64,000 nucleotides of DNA, from contig JAWARQ010000003.1 of the NCBI GenBank assembly GCA_038893355.1, positions 96,001-160,000 on the forward strand, in the 5' to 3' direction. This document shows, piece by piece, positions 1-11,258 of the stretch (position 1 is its first letter; every line of letters begins with the position of its first letter). This DNA is from Sulfolobaceae archaeon. GTDB lineage: Archaea; Thermoproteota; Thermoprotei_A; Sulfolobales; Sulfolobaceae. Under the pieces are notes generated by a model. That model saw only the letters and a program-made list of their open reading frames with translations, ran no database searches and had not been told where the DNA came from. The translations under genes and the position numbers were made by a program.

Positions 1-2
1 TA

Positions 3-947
3 TATAGAATCCAAGTCTTAAATGAGAAGGAAGCAATAGTACATTGGCAGGCTTTTAAAAGAGGTTCATTAACTGCGCAAAAATACAAACATAAGGGTAT
101 AACTAGGATTCCAGTCGCAATAGTTAATGGAGTAGATCCAATAATAGCATTTACAGCCGCTGCTCCAATACCTCCAGGATTAGATAAATATCTATTTGCT
201 GGGTTATTAAGAGGAGAAGGCGTTGATGTTCATAAATTAGATAATGGTATACTAGTTCCTTCACATGCAGAATCTGTATTAGAAGGTTATGTTGACTTAA
301 ATGACTTAAGACTAGAAGGACCTTTTGGAGATCATCTAGGATATTATACTCCCCCAGATTATTATCCAACTTTTAAGCTAGAAAGAGCATTTCTGAGGGA
401 AGATCCAATATTTCATGTAACTTCCGTAGGCAAACCACCCTTAGAAGACGCATGGATCGGTAAAGCTGTAGAAAGGATTTTCTTACCATTCCTTAAAATG
501 TTAATTCCAGAAATTGTAGATATGAACTTACCAGAATATGGATTATTTACAGGGATTGGAATTTTCTCTATTAGAAAATATTATCCGGGTCAGGCAAAGA
601 GGGTTATGATGGCATTATGGGGTTTAGGTCAATTAAGCCTTACGAAAATGATAATAATAGTAGATCATGATGTAAACGTTCATGATATAAATCAAGTTTT
701 ATATGCTATAGCGTCAACAGTAGATCCACAAAGGGACATTCTAATAATACCATATACTCTTACCGATTCTTTAGATCATACTACTCCTAATCCACCACTA
801 GGAAGTAAAGTTGGTATAGATGCCACACGAAAATTTAAGGAAGAGCTAGGTGGTAAAGAATGGCCGGAAGAAGTAAGATCTGACGAAAAAATATCTGAAA
901 AAGCTGAAAATATACTAAAAAAATATAGAATCTTATTTTCTAAATAA
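3..947 (+). CDS. UbiD-family (prFMN-dependent) decarboxylase, 5' end outside window
   Basis: Open frame from base 3 ([16 protein letters not shown]...[11 protein letters not shown]...) is in frame with the 498..947 ORF. It has the EGPFGD motif and the C-terminal LDH...GSKVGIDAT motif typical of UbiD. Confidence 0.9.
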   Translation, partial: YRIQVLNEKEAIVHWQAFKRGSLTAQKYKHKGITRIPVAIVNGVDPIIAFTAAAPIPPGLDKYLFAGLLRGEGVDVHKLDNGILVPSHAESVLEGYVDLNDLRLEGPFGDHLGYYTPPDYYPTFKLERAFLREDPIFHVTSVGKPPLEDAWIGKAVERIFLPFLKMLIPEIVDMNLPEYGLFTGIGIFSIRKYYPGQAKRVMMALWGLGQLSLTKMIIIVDHDVNVHDINQVLYAIASTVDPQRDILIIPYTLTDSLDHTTPNPPLGSKVGIDATRKFKEELGGKEWPEEVRSDEKISEKAENILKKYRILFSK

Positions 948-2852
948 TCTTAAAATATCAAAAATTATTAAATTGTCGTATGGGCATGCTTCAATGCAAT
1001 TACCGCATCCTATGCATGTAACTCTATTTACATAACCCTTAGTAGAAGTATCGTAACTTACAGGTATTTTAACTGGGCAAGCATTATCGCAGCTCTTTAC
1101 GTCACATTTAGCACATACCTCTTTGTTTTTTGCTTTAACTTTAAATAATATTTTATTAAATAACCCTATAAAACTTCCAAATCCACACCAACCCTGCCTT
1201 ACACATGAGTAACTTCCAAAATACGGAGTTAAGAAGTAAAAGAACCACCATGCATAATTTAGGGTTAGCATTCCATAGAGCATTAATACGTCACTAGGAC
1301 CTAACTCTACATGTATAAAGATTGAAGTATTAGATAAATATATTCCAAATACTACAAATATAGGTATTATTGAAATTAACCTAATGTAATCCCAGACTTT
1401 ACTGCTTTTTCTAGCTCTAAATTGATCATAAAATGAATTATTATACATATGAGCTGCCATACATACTACCCCACAATATGCCCTTCTACCAAACATTATA
1501 CTTGCAACTATTATAGCAGCTATAGATGTTAGAAAAGGAATATATTCTACAGGAAATATCATTCCGCTCATACCAAATATATAGTAGGGTGTATAATTAG
1601 GGACTAAAACTGAAAATATAGGTACACCTAATATTACAGCCCATAATAGTGCCTTATTTGATTTATACCTTAATGACCTTAATTTGTCATAAACTAGGAA
1701 GGACATCTCAGAACCCATCATTATTAAGTAAAAGGGCGACATTGTAGTATACATTATTAGCATAAAAGATGCAAGAAATAATGAATAGGGTAAACTATTT
1801 GTTAACATTAAGGCAGAATTAAATTCATCTATAGTTACATCCCAAGGGTTAAACGGAAATATCCACCAAAAAGGATTAGAGAAATCTATCATCATTCCAT
1901 GATCATGAATGTGATACATGTTAGACATAACCATTTCAGTTGGTTGAGTAGTAACGTACCCAAGAACACTCTCACCGAATCCCATCGTAAGTTCTGCAAG
2001 ATTTACTAATATCATAAAAATAAAAATTTGTTTAAATTTTGGTATCAATTTTTTATCTGGCAATTTATATAATACTAGAACAAAATAAGAGAACATTGAA
2101 ATTATAGTAATTATAGATAAAATCGAAATATCATATGTAACGCTATATATTGCAAGACCTAACATCATAAGAAAATCAAATGATGCTAATGATAATGTTA
2201 AAATTTGGAAATCTAGGGAGAACATTCTTCTTGTATAAACTAAATAGAGTAGCACTATATTAATCGTCATTAATATTGACGCTATAACTGATGAAAAGAG
2301 TATTAAGTACTGATGATACGTGTAAAAAATGTTAGGCATAAATGCCATTGACGAGGCAAAAGTAAATAAAATCCAGTCCCTTATTCTCCTAACTTTAGAA
2401 ATAAGAAGGAAGAAAAGAGCATCTACAGCCATCATTACTCCAAAAGCTATATTACTTACAGCTGCCAAAATTGGGTTTAAATCAATAGGACCGAATGTTG
2501 TCGAAAAAGCATACCCCATAGCCATTTCATCAATAAGAATAGTAGCAGCCAATGTTAGGGAAGTAATTAAATCTTTTCGCCATTCCACCATTTCATCTTT
2601 TACCTTAGCTGAAAACACTAAGGGAATAATTGGTATAATTGATAAAGGTAGAATGTAGAGTATTGAAGTTTCTCTAAATATAGAAGAAATAAAAATTGAG
2701 ATTTCCACACTCATAAGTAAAATAATAAATGATAGTAAGAATACTGTTTTTCTTCTTATTATTGAAGTCCTAAATATTCTATAGATTAATAAGAATATTA
2801 CACTCATCATTGATACGATATATAGTAATATTAGCACTTGTATAAGATTCAT
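933..2852 (-). CDS. Polytopic membrane protein with C-terminal 4Fe-4S domain (NapH/NosR/FoxG-like)
   Basis: Many hydrophobic helices. Motifs: [32 protein letters not shown] and [12 protein letters not shown]. The ATG at 2852 is preferred because a TATA-like element lies about 25 bp upstream. Confidence 0.8.
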   Translation of the reverse strand: MNLIQVLILLYIVSMMSVIFLLIYRIFRTSIIRRKTVFLLSFIILLMSVEISIFISSIFRETSILYILPLSIIPIIPLVFSAKVKDEMVEWRKDLITSLTLAATILIDEMAMGYAFSTTFGPIDLNPILAAVSNIAFGVMMAVDALFFLLISKVRRIRDWILFTFASSMAFMPNIFYTYHQYLILFSSVIASILMTINIVLLYLVYTRRMFSLDFQILTLSLASFDFLMMLGLAIYSVTYDISILSIITIISMFSYFVLVLYKLPDKKLIPKFKQIFIFMILVNLAELTMGFGESVLGYVTTQPTEMVMSNMYHIHDHGMMIDFSNPFWWIFPFNPWDVTIDEFNSALMLTNSLPYSLFLASFMLIMYTTMSPFYLIMMGSEMSFLVYDKLRSLRYKSNKALLWAVILGVPIFSVLVPNYTPYYIFGMSGMIFPVEYIPFLTSIAAIIVASIMFGRRAYCGVVCMAAHMYNNSFYDQFRARKSSKVWDYIRLISIIPIFVVFGIYLSNTSIFIHVELGPSDVLMLYGMLTLNYAWWFFYFLTPYFGSYSCVRQGWCGFGSFIGLFNKILFKVKAKNKEVCAKCDVKSCDNACPVKIPVSYDTSTKGYVNRVTCIGCGNCIEACPYDNLIIFDILRLFRK

Positions 2853-2997
2853 AATAGAAAATATCAATAGTGCTAAATAAAGTTTTATTTATATTCCTAG
2901 TAATAACATGATCTAAATTAATAAATATATTATTCTTCTTTATATAGCATTTTTAATTTCGGAAAACTCACTATTATTTTTAAAGTGGTAGTACAAT

Positions 2998-3186
2998 ATG
3001 GACGAAATTAACAGAATAAGACTTATAATAGAAAGTATAAAGGAGAGACTTCCTGATGATTGTGCATATTTACTGGATCAGATTTTTAAAGAAATTCTAA
3101 AAGATATGAAAAAATATGGTATAGAAATTACGGTTAAAAAGTGGTACGGGGAAGTAATAGACGAGAGTGAAATAGAAGTTATTTAA
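2998..3186 (+). CDS. Small hypothetical protein
   Basis: 62-aa ORF with ATG start and TTTTAAA about 25 bp upstream; no recognised motif. Confidence 0.6.
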   Translation: MDEINRIRLIIESIKERLPDDCAYLLDQIFKEILKDMKKYGIEITVKKWYGEVIDESEIEVI

Positions 3187-3874
3187 TGATTTCTATTACC
3201 TCTTGAGATGCTTCTTCTAAATCTTTATGACTATCTATACTTCTCCAGTAAGAATCTGGGAATTTAACCCCTTTAATTAATCCTTTTTCAGCAAGGATCG
3301 GAAATGTTAACCTTTCTAGATCTCCCTTATCTGGCAGGAACTCAAAAATTTTTGGTTTCATAAGATATACACCAGCATTAATCCAATACTCCTTTAATAT
3401 TGGTTTTTCAACGAATGAAATTACCTTAGAATTTTCATCTATTTTTACTATTCCATAAGGACTTCTTAATGGGACTAATGAAAGTTCAATAATAAAATCT
3501 TTCTCGTCTTCTTCTATCAGCTTTGAAACATTAATGTTCGTAATTATATCTCCATTAATAACTAGAAACTTATCTTCCCTTTCTAAAAAGTTCTTAGCTC
3601 TTTTTAATGCACCTCCAGTGCCTAATGGTTCATCTTCAAAGATAAATGCAAAATTAACGTCTAGCCTAGAAGAGTTTTTACTAACCCATTCTACTAGTTT
3701 CTCTTTTCTGTAACCAGCTAAAATTAAGAATGATGAGATCTCATACTTCTTTAACCATAGTATTTGCCATTCTAATATGGGTTTACCTCCAACTTCTATA
3801 AGAACTTTAGGCTTTTCATCAGTAATTGGCCTAAGTCGTTTGCCATATCCACCTGCAAGTATAACACAAAACAT
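3179..3874 (-). CDS. Sugar-phosphate nucleotidyltransferase (NDP-sugar synthase)
   Basis: [24 protein letters not shown] and WINAGVY motifs. Confidence 0.9.
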   Translation of the reverse strand: MFCVILAGGYGKRLRPITDEKPKVLIEVGGKPILEWQILWLKKYEISSFLILAGYRKEKLVEWVSKNSSRLDVNFAFIFEDEPLGTGGALKRAKNFLEREDKFLVINGDIITNINVSKLIEEDEKDFIIELSLVPLRSPYGIVKIDENSKVISFVEKPILKEYWINAGVYLMKPKIFEFLPDKGDLERLTFPILAEKGLIKGVKFPDSYWRSIDSHKDLEEASQEVIEIIK

Positions 3875-3931
3875 AGTAGAGAATGTAAGAAAGTAAATAA
3901 TAAAATTATCTTTCTTTTTTATTCTAAGATA

Positions 3932-4033
3932 TGCGGGGGGTGGGATTTGAACCCACGCAGGCCTACGCCAGCGGGGCTCTTACCCTTAAAGGTCCTAAGC
4001 CCGCCCCCTTTGACCTAGCTCGGGCACCCCCGC
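3932..4033 (-). tRNA. tRNA-Leu(TAG) with 17-nt intron at 37/38 (intron at 3977..3993)
   Basis: Reverse complement GCGGGGGTGCCCGAGCTAGGTCAAAGGGGGCGGGCTTAGG^ACCTTTAAGGGTAAGAG^CCCCGCTGGCGTAGGCCTGCGTGGGTTCAAATCCCACCCCCCGCA. It has a long variable arm and a bulge-helix-bulge with central helix CTTA/TAAG. Confidence 0.95.
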
Positions 4034-4068
4034 ACTATCATATTTAAAATAGTAAGTTTAAAAAAGTA

Positions 4069-4335
4069 TTAGTCTTTAATCGTTTCCAATATCGATACAA
4101 TATTCCAGATAAAGATTCTGGTATGGGTTGGCATATTGGGATCCTGACTTATTTCCTCTAAAATTCCCACAGCATTTGCTGCCTTCACACCAGGGCTTGT
4201 ACTAGTATCTTGTAAATACCTAATTGCTTCAGTAGCAGCCCTTCTTATATTTCTAGGAACTGTCGTATCATTTATAATTCTCTGTAATAGAGTTATTACT
4301 TGTTTTATTTTAGCCTCGTTATCCTGAACCGACAT
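4069..4335 (-). CDS. UPF0147 family protein
   Basis: [12 protein letters not shown] and DPNMPTHTR motifs. Confidence 0.9.
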   Translation of the reverse strand: MSVQDNEAKIKQVITLLQRIINDTTVPRNIRRAATEAIRYLQDTSTSPGVKAANAVGILEEISQDPNMPTHTRIFIWNIVSILETIKD

Positions 4336-4392
4336 CTTACACTCACCACACTTATAACTCTCTAAGTATTAGATTTAAGTGGTAAATTTAAA

Positions 4393-4758
4393 ATGAGCAG
4401 TGAAAATGGGATTAAAAAAGCTGCTGAACTTTTAAAACAAGGAGCAATAATGCTTGAAATTGCTTGTCCTATATGTAATTATCCACTATTTAGAACTAAA
4501 AATGGTGAGGTATTGTGCCCAAATCATGGGAAAGTTTATATTGTTAAATCTGAAGAAGAAGAGAAACAGATTAAAAGTAATTATATACTAAACGAAGTTG
4601 AAGAAGTATTAATTCAGAGTTTATACGCTGTTACGGAAAAGTTAAGAAAAGATCCATCAGATCAAGATTCTATAAGGCAATTAGTTTATTACTTAGATGC
4701 AATAGAACGTTTGAAAAAAATTAGGAAAGAATATTTTTCCGTACAATCTCAAAAATAG
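4393..4758 (+). CDS. UPF0148 / autoantigen-p27-like Zn-ribbon protein
   Basis: [19 protein letters not shown]...CPNH motif. Confidence 0.85.
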   Translation: MSSENGIKKAAELLKQGAIMLEIACPICNYPLFRTKNGEVLCPNHGKVYIVKSEEEEKQIKSNYILNEVEEVLIQSLYAVTEKLRKDPSDQDSIRQLVYYLDAIERLKKIRKEYFSVQSQK

Positions 4759-5290
4759 TCTTAATCACCTCATCTAGTGGTTTACTTGCATCAATAACAT
4801 GCATTTTAAATTCCTTTGCTAGTTCTAGATATATTTTCCTTACTTTGTACAATGAACTTAATTTTTCCTTATAATTAAAAATATCATTCTCCTTAATTCT
4901 GCCTAATGCAATTTTAGGATCTATATCTAATAGAAAAATTATATCAGGATTTGGAAATATTGAATTTACACACTTTAACCACTTAATATCGACTCCCATT
5001 GCACCTTGATAAGCTATTGTAGAGTAAAAATACCTATCCATTATTACAATGTCGTATACTTGATTTTTTAGCCAACTAATGTGAAGTGCGCGGTCTGCTG
5101 AAAACAGTAAAGCTAAAGCCACTGGATCCTTCCACTGAACCTTATTTATTAAGTCTATTATCTCTTGAGTAAATGGTTCACTAGTCAAAATTACCTTAAG
5201 ATTTTGATTTGACAATAACTCGTATAGCTTTCTTGCTACAGTAGTTTTCCCAGCACCGTCTATTCCTTCAATAACTATAGTTCGTGGCAT
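4721..5290 (-). CDS. tmk: Thymidylate kinase
   Basis: [18 protein letters not shown] and [12 protein letters not shown] motifs. Confidence 0.95.
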   Translation of the reverse strand: MPRTIVIEGIDGAGKTTVARKLYELLSNQNLKVILTSEPFTQEIIDLINKVQWKDPVALALLFSADRALHISWLKNQVYDIVIMDRYFYSTIAYQGAMGVDIKWLKCVNSIFPNPDIIFLLDIDPKIALGRIKENDIFNYKEKLSSLYKVRKIYLELAKEFKMHVIDASKPLDEVIKTIFEIVRKNILS

Positions 5291-6384
5291 TTTCTCAACT
5301 TAACCCTCCTTTCTTCAAATTTATCATCTAATGCTATCTTTCCAGTTACTATCCCATCAAATTCCTCTATAGGTGAAAAAATCTTTACATGATTTTTATT
5401 AATCTCCTTAATTAGTCCAGCACCTATAGTCTTCCCTCCTCTTATTAAACCTACTATTAAGCCAATTAGCTCTGATCTGTCTATCATTATACCACTGCAT
5501 GGCTCTTCTAATGTTAATTGTACAGTCTCTCCCCATGCATCGAAGAGAATATCAGTAATACCAATTCCAAAAACTGATGAAGAAGGTATTGAAACTTCTT
5601 TACTATCTTTAAAATAGTTCATATAAAGATTCCTTCTTCTCATCTTCCTTCTTTCCCTACTTCTCCCTTCTACTACACTAGGTTTTTTAGGGACTATAAT
5701 CTTCTGATTATATTTATCTATAAAATATTTCTTTAATTCGTTATCTAAAATTATTATATAATCTGGATTTATATAATTTAATAATGATAACTTGTGCAGA
5801 TATGCTCTATAACCCCTTACCCAACCATCAGTATCAATAATATTTAAGTTACTCCTATTTCTCTCATATAAGATTCTTAATAAATTCACATGAAGTTGGG
5901 GATTGGTAGAAGGAGTTATATCACCTAAAAATTCAATATCACTTACTCCTCTACTTGAGATGTTAAGTGTCTTTAAAGAGCTTTTAGATAATGCTATAAA
6001 GGTAGGGATGAATAAGGAAGATTGACCCACATCGCCATCAAGTATAACTACTTCGTTTTTATAACAATTTGCTATTAAATTTGAAAAATAAGTTTTACCT
6101 GAATCTATATTTCCTAAAATTACTACAGTACCCCCTGTTGCAGAAATCATTTCGGCTATTTTGTGCCAATTCGTTACATTTTTTGTCTTATCTAAAATAT
6201 TACAATCTAAGAGTATTTTAGATACGTTGTCTATGGTATAAATTGTAAAGGAGTTATCATATGGAATGTTAATTTCGTCTAATATTTTTAAACCTTGTAT
6301 GAATACGTTTCCTTCTATAACCTTAATGCTGCAAGGACCTTTTACTATTATTTCCTCATCTTTACTAAACTCTACATAACTCAT
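5275..6384 (-). CDS. Clp1/Grc3-family polynucleotide 5'-hydroxyl kinase
   Basis: GNIDSGKT P-loop, DGDVGQ, IIDTDGW and Arg-rich RSRERRKMRR lid. Confidence 0.85.
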   Translation of the reverse strand: MSYVEFSKDEEIIVKGPCSIKVIEGNVFIQGLKILDEINIPYDNSFTIYTIDNVSKILLDCNILDKTKNVTNWHKIAEMISATGGTVVILGNIDSGKTYFSNLIANCYKNEVVILDGDVGQSSLFIPTFIALSKSSLKTLNISSRGVSDIEFLGDITPSTNPQLHVNLLRILYERNRSNLNIIDTDGWVRGYRAYLHKLSLLNYINPDYIIILDNELKKYFIDKYNQKIIVPKKPSVVEGRSRERRKMRRRNLYMNYFKDSKEVSIPSSSVFGIGITDILFDAWGETVQLTLEEPCSGIMIDRSELIGLIVGLIRGGKTIGAGLIKEINKNHVKIFSPIEEFDGIVTGKIALDDKFEERRVKLRKCHEL

Positions 6385-6923
6385 AACATTGCACTTAAAG
6401 CTATCTTAACTGCTGCTCTAATATCTTCATCTTTAATCGTAATATAAGGATTAAAGCTACTAGTTCTTTTCTCGTCAACTAATTTAACATTATCACCATA
6501 TTTTTCCTTAATTAATTTATATACAATATCTCCATAAATATTACCATTTCCTACACCTATCTTAAGTTTTTTATAATTAAATAAATCTATTATATCTTTA
6601 ATTTTGTCTAATATTTTTTCGAAATTTGTTTTTTGGATTAGTACTATATTACCATCAGCCATAACTACTAATATTATATCGCTCAAAGTATTAACATCAA
6701 TACCTACGAGAAGCTCATTAAAATATTCCTTCCCGAATATTAATGATAAAATCTTACCTAATTTTGATTTTAACTCATTATTATTGTTTAATTTTATTTG
6801 GCCATAATTTGTAACAATATCTATTTTATCTAAAATCCATTTAAGATTATATTCTTCTATTAATCTTAGGAAACTTTTAAAAACCTTTACGTCAGTAACT
6901 TCAACACTAACTCTTTTATTCAC
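6381..6923 (-). CDS. Hypothetical protein with YqgF/RuvX-like RNase H-fold motifs
   Basis: VGIDV...IGVGNG...VDEKRTS...DIRAAVKIA resembles the YqgF catalytic pattern; overlaps the Clp1 start by 4 bp. Confidence 0.6.
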   Translation of the reverse strand: MNKRVSVEVTDVKVFKSFLRLIEEYNLKWILDKIDIVTNYGQIKLNNNNELKSKLGKILSLIFGKEYFNELLVGIDVNTLSDIILVVMADGNIVLIQKTNFEKILDKIKDIIDLFNYKKLKIGVGNGNIYGDIVYKLIKEKYGDNVKLVDEKRTSSFNPYITIKDEDIRAAVKIALSAML

Positions 6924-6954
6924 ATTTATAACTATTTTTTAAGGAATTTAAGGC

Positions 6955-7485
6955 TTGAAGGTCTCAGAATTTGTATTCACGGGCAATAATTCTCTAATTT
7001 CAATATGTGGCACTAGTGGGTCAGGCAAAACTTCAATCTCTCTACAAATCATAAAGGAGCTTAAATCTGGAGTATATTTTTCACCTAGTCTACAAAATTT
7101 CTATGGTAGGGTAGAGAAAATAATATTTGGACCAAATATTAAATTCAGCATAGCTTATACTACTATTCATTTAATTAATGGCATAATAAAATCAATATCT
7201 GATGTTAATAGTCCTAAAATACTCGTGGTTGATCCAATTAACAGATATTATAGACAAACTAGAAATGAAGTGGATATCATTCTTCCATTAAATCTGCTTA
7301 AAAGGATTGCAGAAATAATTAAAGTAGTAATAACTTGGGATATGCCATTAGACAAAAGAATAGAATCAAGGTTATTATGGAAGTATTCTGATGAAGTTTT
7401 TTTCCTTAGAAATAATTATATATTTGGTCGAAATAAAAAATGCAAATATAGTATAGGCTATTATGGTGTCGAAATTTGTACGTAG
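6955..7485 (+). CDS. Short RecA/RadB-like P-loop ATPase
   Basis: GTSGSGKT Walker A and LVVDPI Walker B; TTG start. Confidence 0.65.
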   Translation: MKVSEFVFTGNNSLISICGTSGSGKTSISLQIIKELKSGVYFSPSLQNFYGRVEKIIFGPNIKFSIAYTTIHLINGIIKSISDVNSPKILVVDPINRYYRQTRNEVDIILPLNLLKRIAEIIKVVITWDMPLDKRIESRLLWKYSDEVFFLRNNYIFGRNKKCKYSIGYYGVEICT

Positions 7486-7979
7486 TATATAATGAAATAG
7501 TAACAACGATATTAATCTATCTCCCTGCATTTGCAGCAAATGGAGGTGCAGTATTTGTAAGTAAGGGTACTCCGATAGATTTTAGAAAGAATTTTATCGA
7601 CAATAAAAGAATCTTGGGAGACGGTAAGACTTTTGAAGGTCTTTTATTATCATTGACGTTTGGAACTAGTGTGGGTGTAATTATTGCTAGGTTTTTAGGT
7701 ACTGATTTTATAATTATATCAGCTGTAGAATCTTTATTTGCAATGTTAGGTGATATGTTAGGTGCATTTATAAAGAGAAGATTAGGACTTCCAAGAGGTT
7801 ATAGAGTACTTGTTCTAGATCAATTAGATTTTGTGTTTGGTGCTACTATTGGCCTTTTAATCATGGGGGTAAACCTAAGTATTTTAGGCATAGGAATAGT
7901 AGGTATAATTTCTTTTGCATTACACATAGTAACTAATTACATTGCATATAAGCTAAGAATTAAAAATGTACCTTGGTAA
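7476..7979 (+). CDS. carS: CDP-archaeol synthase
   Basis: [33 protein letters not shown] and LDQLDF motifs; VPW C-terminus. Confidence 0.95.
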   Translation: MYVVYNEIVTTILIYLPAFAANGGAVFVSKGTPIDFRKNFIDNKRILGDGKTFEGLLLSLTFGTSVGVIIARFLGTDFIIISAVESLFAMLGDMLGAFIKRRLGLPRGYRVLVLDQLDFVFGATIGLLIMGVNLSILGIGIVGIISFALHIVTNYIAYKLRIKNVPW

Positions 7980-7988
7980 ATATAAATA

Positions 7989-8348
7989 ATGAGCAAAAAG
8001 AGAAATGTCTCAAAAATTGAGAAAGATTATATAAATATTTTAAATTCATATTTAATTATAGTATTAATTGTTGTTGTTGGAATTGGTATTCTAGGAGCAA
8101 TTGCACTACCATATTACCTTTCGCCGATAACAAGATCGCAAGGATATCTTGCAATTAATAGTAATTTAATTTACTTTATACCATCACTTATAGCAATACT
8201 ACTCCTACTATGGGGTGTAAGCATTTTAGAAGAAAAGGAAACTAATATTGGACTGGGTATTATATTATTTTCAATTATAATAATTTTAATAATAGTATGG
8301 TCTATAAACGGAATTTCAAGCGTTAAAGTTATATTTAATATTACATAA
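7989..8348 (+). CDS. Small membrane protein (about 3 TM)
   Basis: Hydrophobic segments; co-oriented in the carS operon. Confidence 0.65.
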   Translation: MSKKRNVSKIEKDYINILNSYLIIVLIVVVGIGILGAIALPYYLSPITRSQGYLAINSNLIYFIPSLIAILLLLWGVSILEEKETNIGLGIILFSIIIILIIVWSINGISSVKVIFNIT

Positions 8349-8358
8349 GTGGTGAATA

Positions 8359-8586
8359 ATGGAGTTCACAAAGATTAGATTATCTAGCGGAAGAGAAGTC
8401 GTAATAGATGAAAATACCATAAAGATCCTTAACAAATATGTGAGGACTGAAATGACGTTAGAAAAATTAGCAAAAGAGTTAGGCTTAACTGGATGGGAGG
8501 AAGCTTATGAACTAATAAAACTAGTACCTGCATATCTAATGTGGACACCATTACCATTACTAAAAAGAAAGATTCAAATACAATAA
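8359..8586 (+). CDS. Small hypothetical protein, HTH-like segment
   Basis: GGTGA SD before the ATG; TLEKLAKELGL segment. Confidence 0.7.
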   Translation: MEFTKIRLSSGREVVIDENTIKILNKYVRTEMTLEKLAKELGLTGWEEAYELIKLVPAYLMWTPLPLLKRKIQIQ

Positions 8587-8631
8587 ATTCATTTCTATAT
8601 AATAACTTAATATTAAAATAAAAATTTTGTT

Positions 8632-10689
8632 TTATACTTTCTTGTAGCAATCTGTACGTACTTCATAAATTAATCCACTCTTTCTCATTTCAACTAATAA
8701 TCTATCCAGAGAACTTCTATCAATACCATTACTTTCAGCCTCCTTAGTAATATCTTTAACTCTAGCACACTCTCCATTACTCGTTAAGGTTTCTATTATT
8801 TCAAGTAGCTTAGCCATTTTCTCTCTAGTACTTTTAGGCTTTCCAGTCATTATAGTATCAATATCTACTTTACCAGATTCTACATCAATTCCTACCTTCT
8901 CTAAAAATATCCTCATAATATTTATAGCCCTCTCAGCATCTTCTCTCGTAACTTCTTGCCTTAGAGCCATCCTAGCATAGGCCTCACTAAGCCTTATTAA
9001 AGCCTCTAATTGTCTCGGTGTAATAAGAATTGGAGAATCGGGAGTTTCTGAACTTCTCTTTCTCATTTCAACAAAGAATTCAGCAAGAAGTTTCTTTGCT
9101 TCCGAAGTAAGTTTCGGAACTACATATTTTCTAGCATAGGCAATATATTTTTTAAGGAGATCGGGCTGAATTACATCTTTAATTACTTTACCACCATGAA
9201 AATCTAGAATATGAGATGCCAAATTAATGTCCTCTTCCCCTGGCCTGTCAATTAAGATAAATATTAGATCAAACCTAGATAGAATAGTTGGTGGAAGATT
9301 TATATTATCTGAAACTGATCTCTCTGTAATATATCTACCTAATTTAGGATTACCAGCAGCTATTATAGTTGCCCTAGCATTTAATTTAGCAACTATTCCT
9401 GCCTTAGCTATTGATACTGTCTGTTGTTCCATTGCTTCATGAATTGCTACCCTATCTTCTTCTCTCATTTTATCTATTTCATCAATAATAGCAACACCAC
9501 CGTCAGCTAGTACTAGAGCACCTGCTTCAAGATAATAGTCTCCCGTACCCTTTTCTCTGACTACTGCAGCAGTTAATCCTGCTGCAGTTGAACCTTTACC
9601 AGTAGTATAAACACTTCTTGGTGCTATTTTTGCTGCAAACTGCAACATTTGAGACTTTGCAGTACCTGGGTCACCTATAATTAAAACATGTATATCTCCC
9701 CTTATTCTAGTCCCATCTGGCATTTGTTTAGGAACACCACCAAAAAGTGCAAGTGCTATAGCCTCTTTCACTTCCCAATGACCATATATTGAAGGTGCTA
9801 TTGAAGATATAATTCTCTCTCTTATCCAAGGATCTTTTGCTAATTCCTTTATCTTCTGCTCGTCCTCATCTGAAATTATTACCTCATCTAAAACTTTTTG
9901 TGAAACTTCAACAGAATTAACTCTTAGTTGTACATCAAATATTGCTCTACTCCCTCTTCTAACTGGAGAATCATGCTTTATCTCAAGTATCCCATAAACT
10001 TTAACTCTATCACCAGGCCGTACTTGATCTACTAAATCATCCTCCAATATTGCTTCAATTTGCCTTGGAAGTTGACCTGGAGGTAATTCCTCTGGCCTTT
10101 CTTGAATTACAGCTTTTTGCCAATCCTTTAGCTTCGATTTATCCGTAATAAGTTTAAACTGACCTGCTTTACCACATATTGGACAACTAGTTGGTGCTTC
10201 TAATATGTCACCCATTTCTCCTTCTATAGGCCATTCAAATTCTCCGTTACATTCTAGATTAAGATGCTTAAATTTTGCCTTATATATTCTTTGTTTTACA
10301 GGCGTAACTCTTACCACTATTCCTTCTATTCCAATTAACTTACCTATATCATCACTTCTAATCTTTCTTAATTCTACAATTTTAGGTAAATTAATAATTC
10401 TTATGTGAATTTTATCTATCTCTTCTAATGTTGGTTCTCTCTCTTTAATATAATTCGTAAGCCTCTCTTCCAGTAATGGTAATATTTCTTTAGGATTATT
10501 TACTACTCTTGTTGCAAGTTCTTGATTAAAAGAATAGAGGTCATTAAAATCTATAATTATACTTTTTTTCCTATAAGCTATAATATCATTTATCTGAATT
10601 ATATATTTCAATCTTTTTTTATCATCAGTAAAAGTATTTATAAATTCTATAAACTCCTCATCAAGTAGCTGAGATTCCAAATATTTCAC
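8632..10689 (-). CDS. mcm: Replicative helicase MCM
   Basis: GDPGTAKSQ Walker A, IDEIDKM Walker B, SRFD arginine finger and HxxxxC..CPIC Zn motif; no intein. Confidence 0.98.
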   Translation of the reverse strand: MKYLESQLLDEEFIEFINTFTDDKKRLKYIIQINDIIAYRKKSIIIDFNDLYSFNQELATRVVNNPKEILPLLEERLTNYIKEREPTLEEIDKIHIRIINLPKIVELRKIRSDDIGKLIGIEGIVVRVTPVKQRIYKAKFKHLNLECNGEFEWPIEGEMGDILEAPTSCPICGKAGQFKLITDKSKLKDWQKAVIQERPEELPPGQLPRQIEAILEDDLVDQVRPGDRVKVYGILEIKHDSPVRRGSRAIFDVQLRVNSVEVSQKVLDEVIISDEDEQKIKELAKDPWIRERIISSIAPSIYGHWEVKEAIALALFGGVPKQMPDGTRIRGDIHVLIIGDPGTAKSQMLQFAAKIAPRSVYTTGKGSTAAGLTAAVVREKGTGDYYLEAGALVLADGGVAIIDEIDKMREEDRVAIHEAMEQQTVSIAKAGIVAKLNARATIIAAGNPKLGRYITERSVSDNINLPPTILSRFDLIFILIDRPGEEDINLASHILDFHGGKVIKDVIQPDLLKKYIAYARKYVVPKLTSEAKKLLAEFFVEMRKRSSETPDSPILITPRQLEALIRLSEAYARMALRQEVTREDAERAINIMRIFLEKVGIDVESGKVDIDTIMTGKPKSTREKMAKLLEIIETLTSNGECARVKDITKEAESNGIDRSSLDRLLVEMRKSGLIYEVRTDCYKKV

Positions 10690-11218
10690 CGTATATTGAT
10701 CTAATTAAGTCTTTTATCGAATAATAAATTAAAAGTTCTTCTTCCGTCATATTTGATATGAATGACTGATCATTAGTTTCTAGTAACGCTAATCGTATTA
10801 TCTTTTGTAACCTAATACTTATTATTTCTTCTGCCCTACTTCTAGTCTTTCTAATTTGATCTAGGACTTCTAACCCCTTATTACTATCCCTAGAAAGTTC
10901 TTTTAGCTGTTCCTTAATTTTCATATAAAAGTCTTTGGGTATTTTCGCTAATACTGCGGGTTTATTAATATTTTCTCTTTCTTGGAATAGAATTCTTCCT
11001 AGCTCCTCTAATGTCAGCTCAGATAATTTTTTCACAATACCTCTTTTTTCGAGTTCAAGAGCCAACCAATTTGGCAGCTCGTCTTCGCTACCCCTTACTA
11101 AGGATATAGAAGACTCGCAAAATTCTACAGGCCCCCAGTCCTCTATTACTTCTACCCTCTGCTTCGATAACTTATATATCGCCCTTATTGCCCTTAATTT
11201 TAAATTGATTGTTACCAT
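10661..11218 (-). CDS. GINS subunit Gins23
   Basis: LPNWLALELE B-domain followed by a helical A-domain (IRLQKII, MTEEELLIY); directly upstream of mcm as in Sulfolobales. Confidence 0.9.
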   Translation of the reverse strand: MVTINLKLRAIRAIYKLSKQRVEVIEDWGPVEFCESSISLVRGSEDELPNWLALELEKRGIVKKLSELTLEELGRILFQERENINKPAVLAKIPKDFYMKIKEQLKELSRDSNKGLEVLDQIRKTRSRAEEIISIRLQKIIRLALLETNDQSFISNMTEEELLIYYSIKDLIRSIYGEIFGISAT

Positions 11219-11258
11219 ACAATCAATTAATTATATTTTATTACCTATACTTTAAACT

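Noticed and set aside
2871-2949. Inverted repeat TGCTAAATAAAG / CTTTATATAGCA
   Set aside because: Most simply explained as TATA-like elements of divergent promoters in AT-rich DNA.
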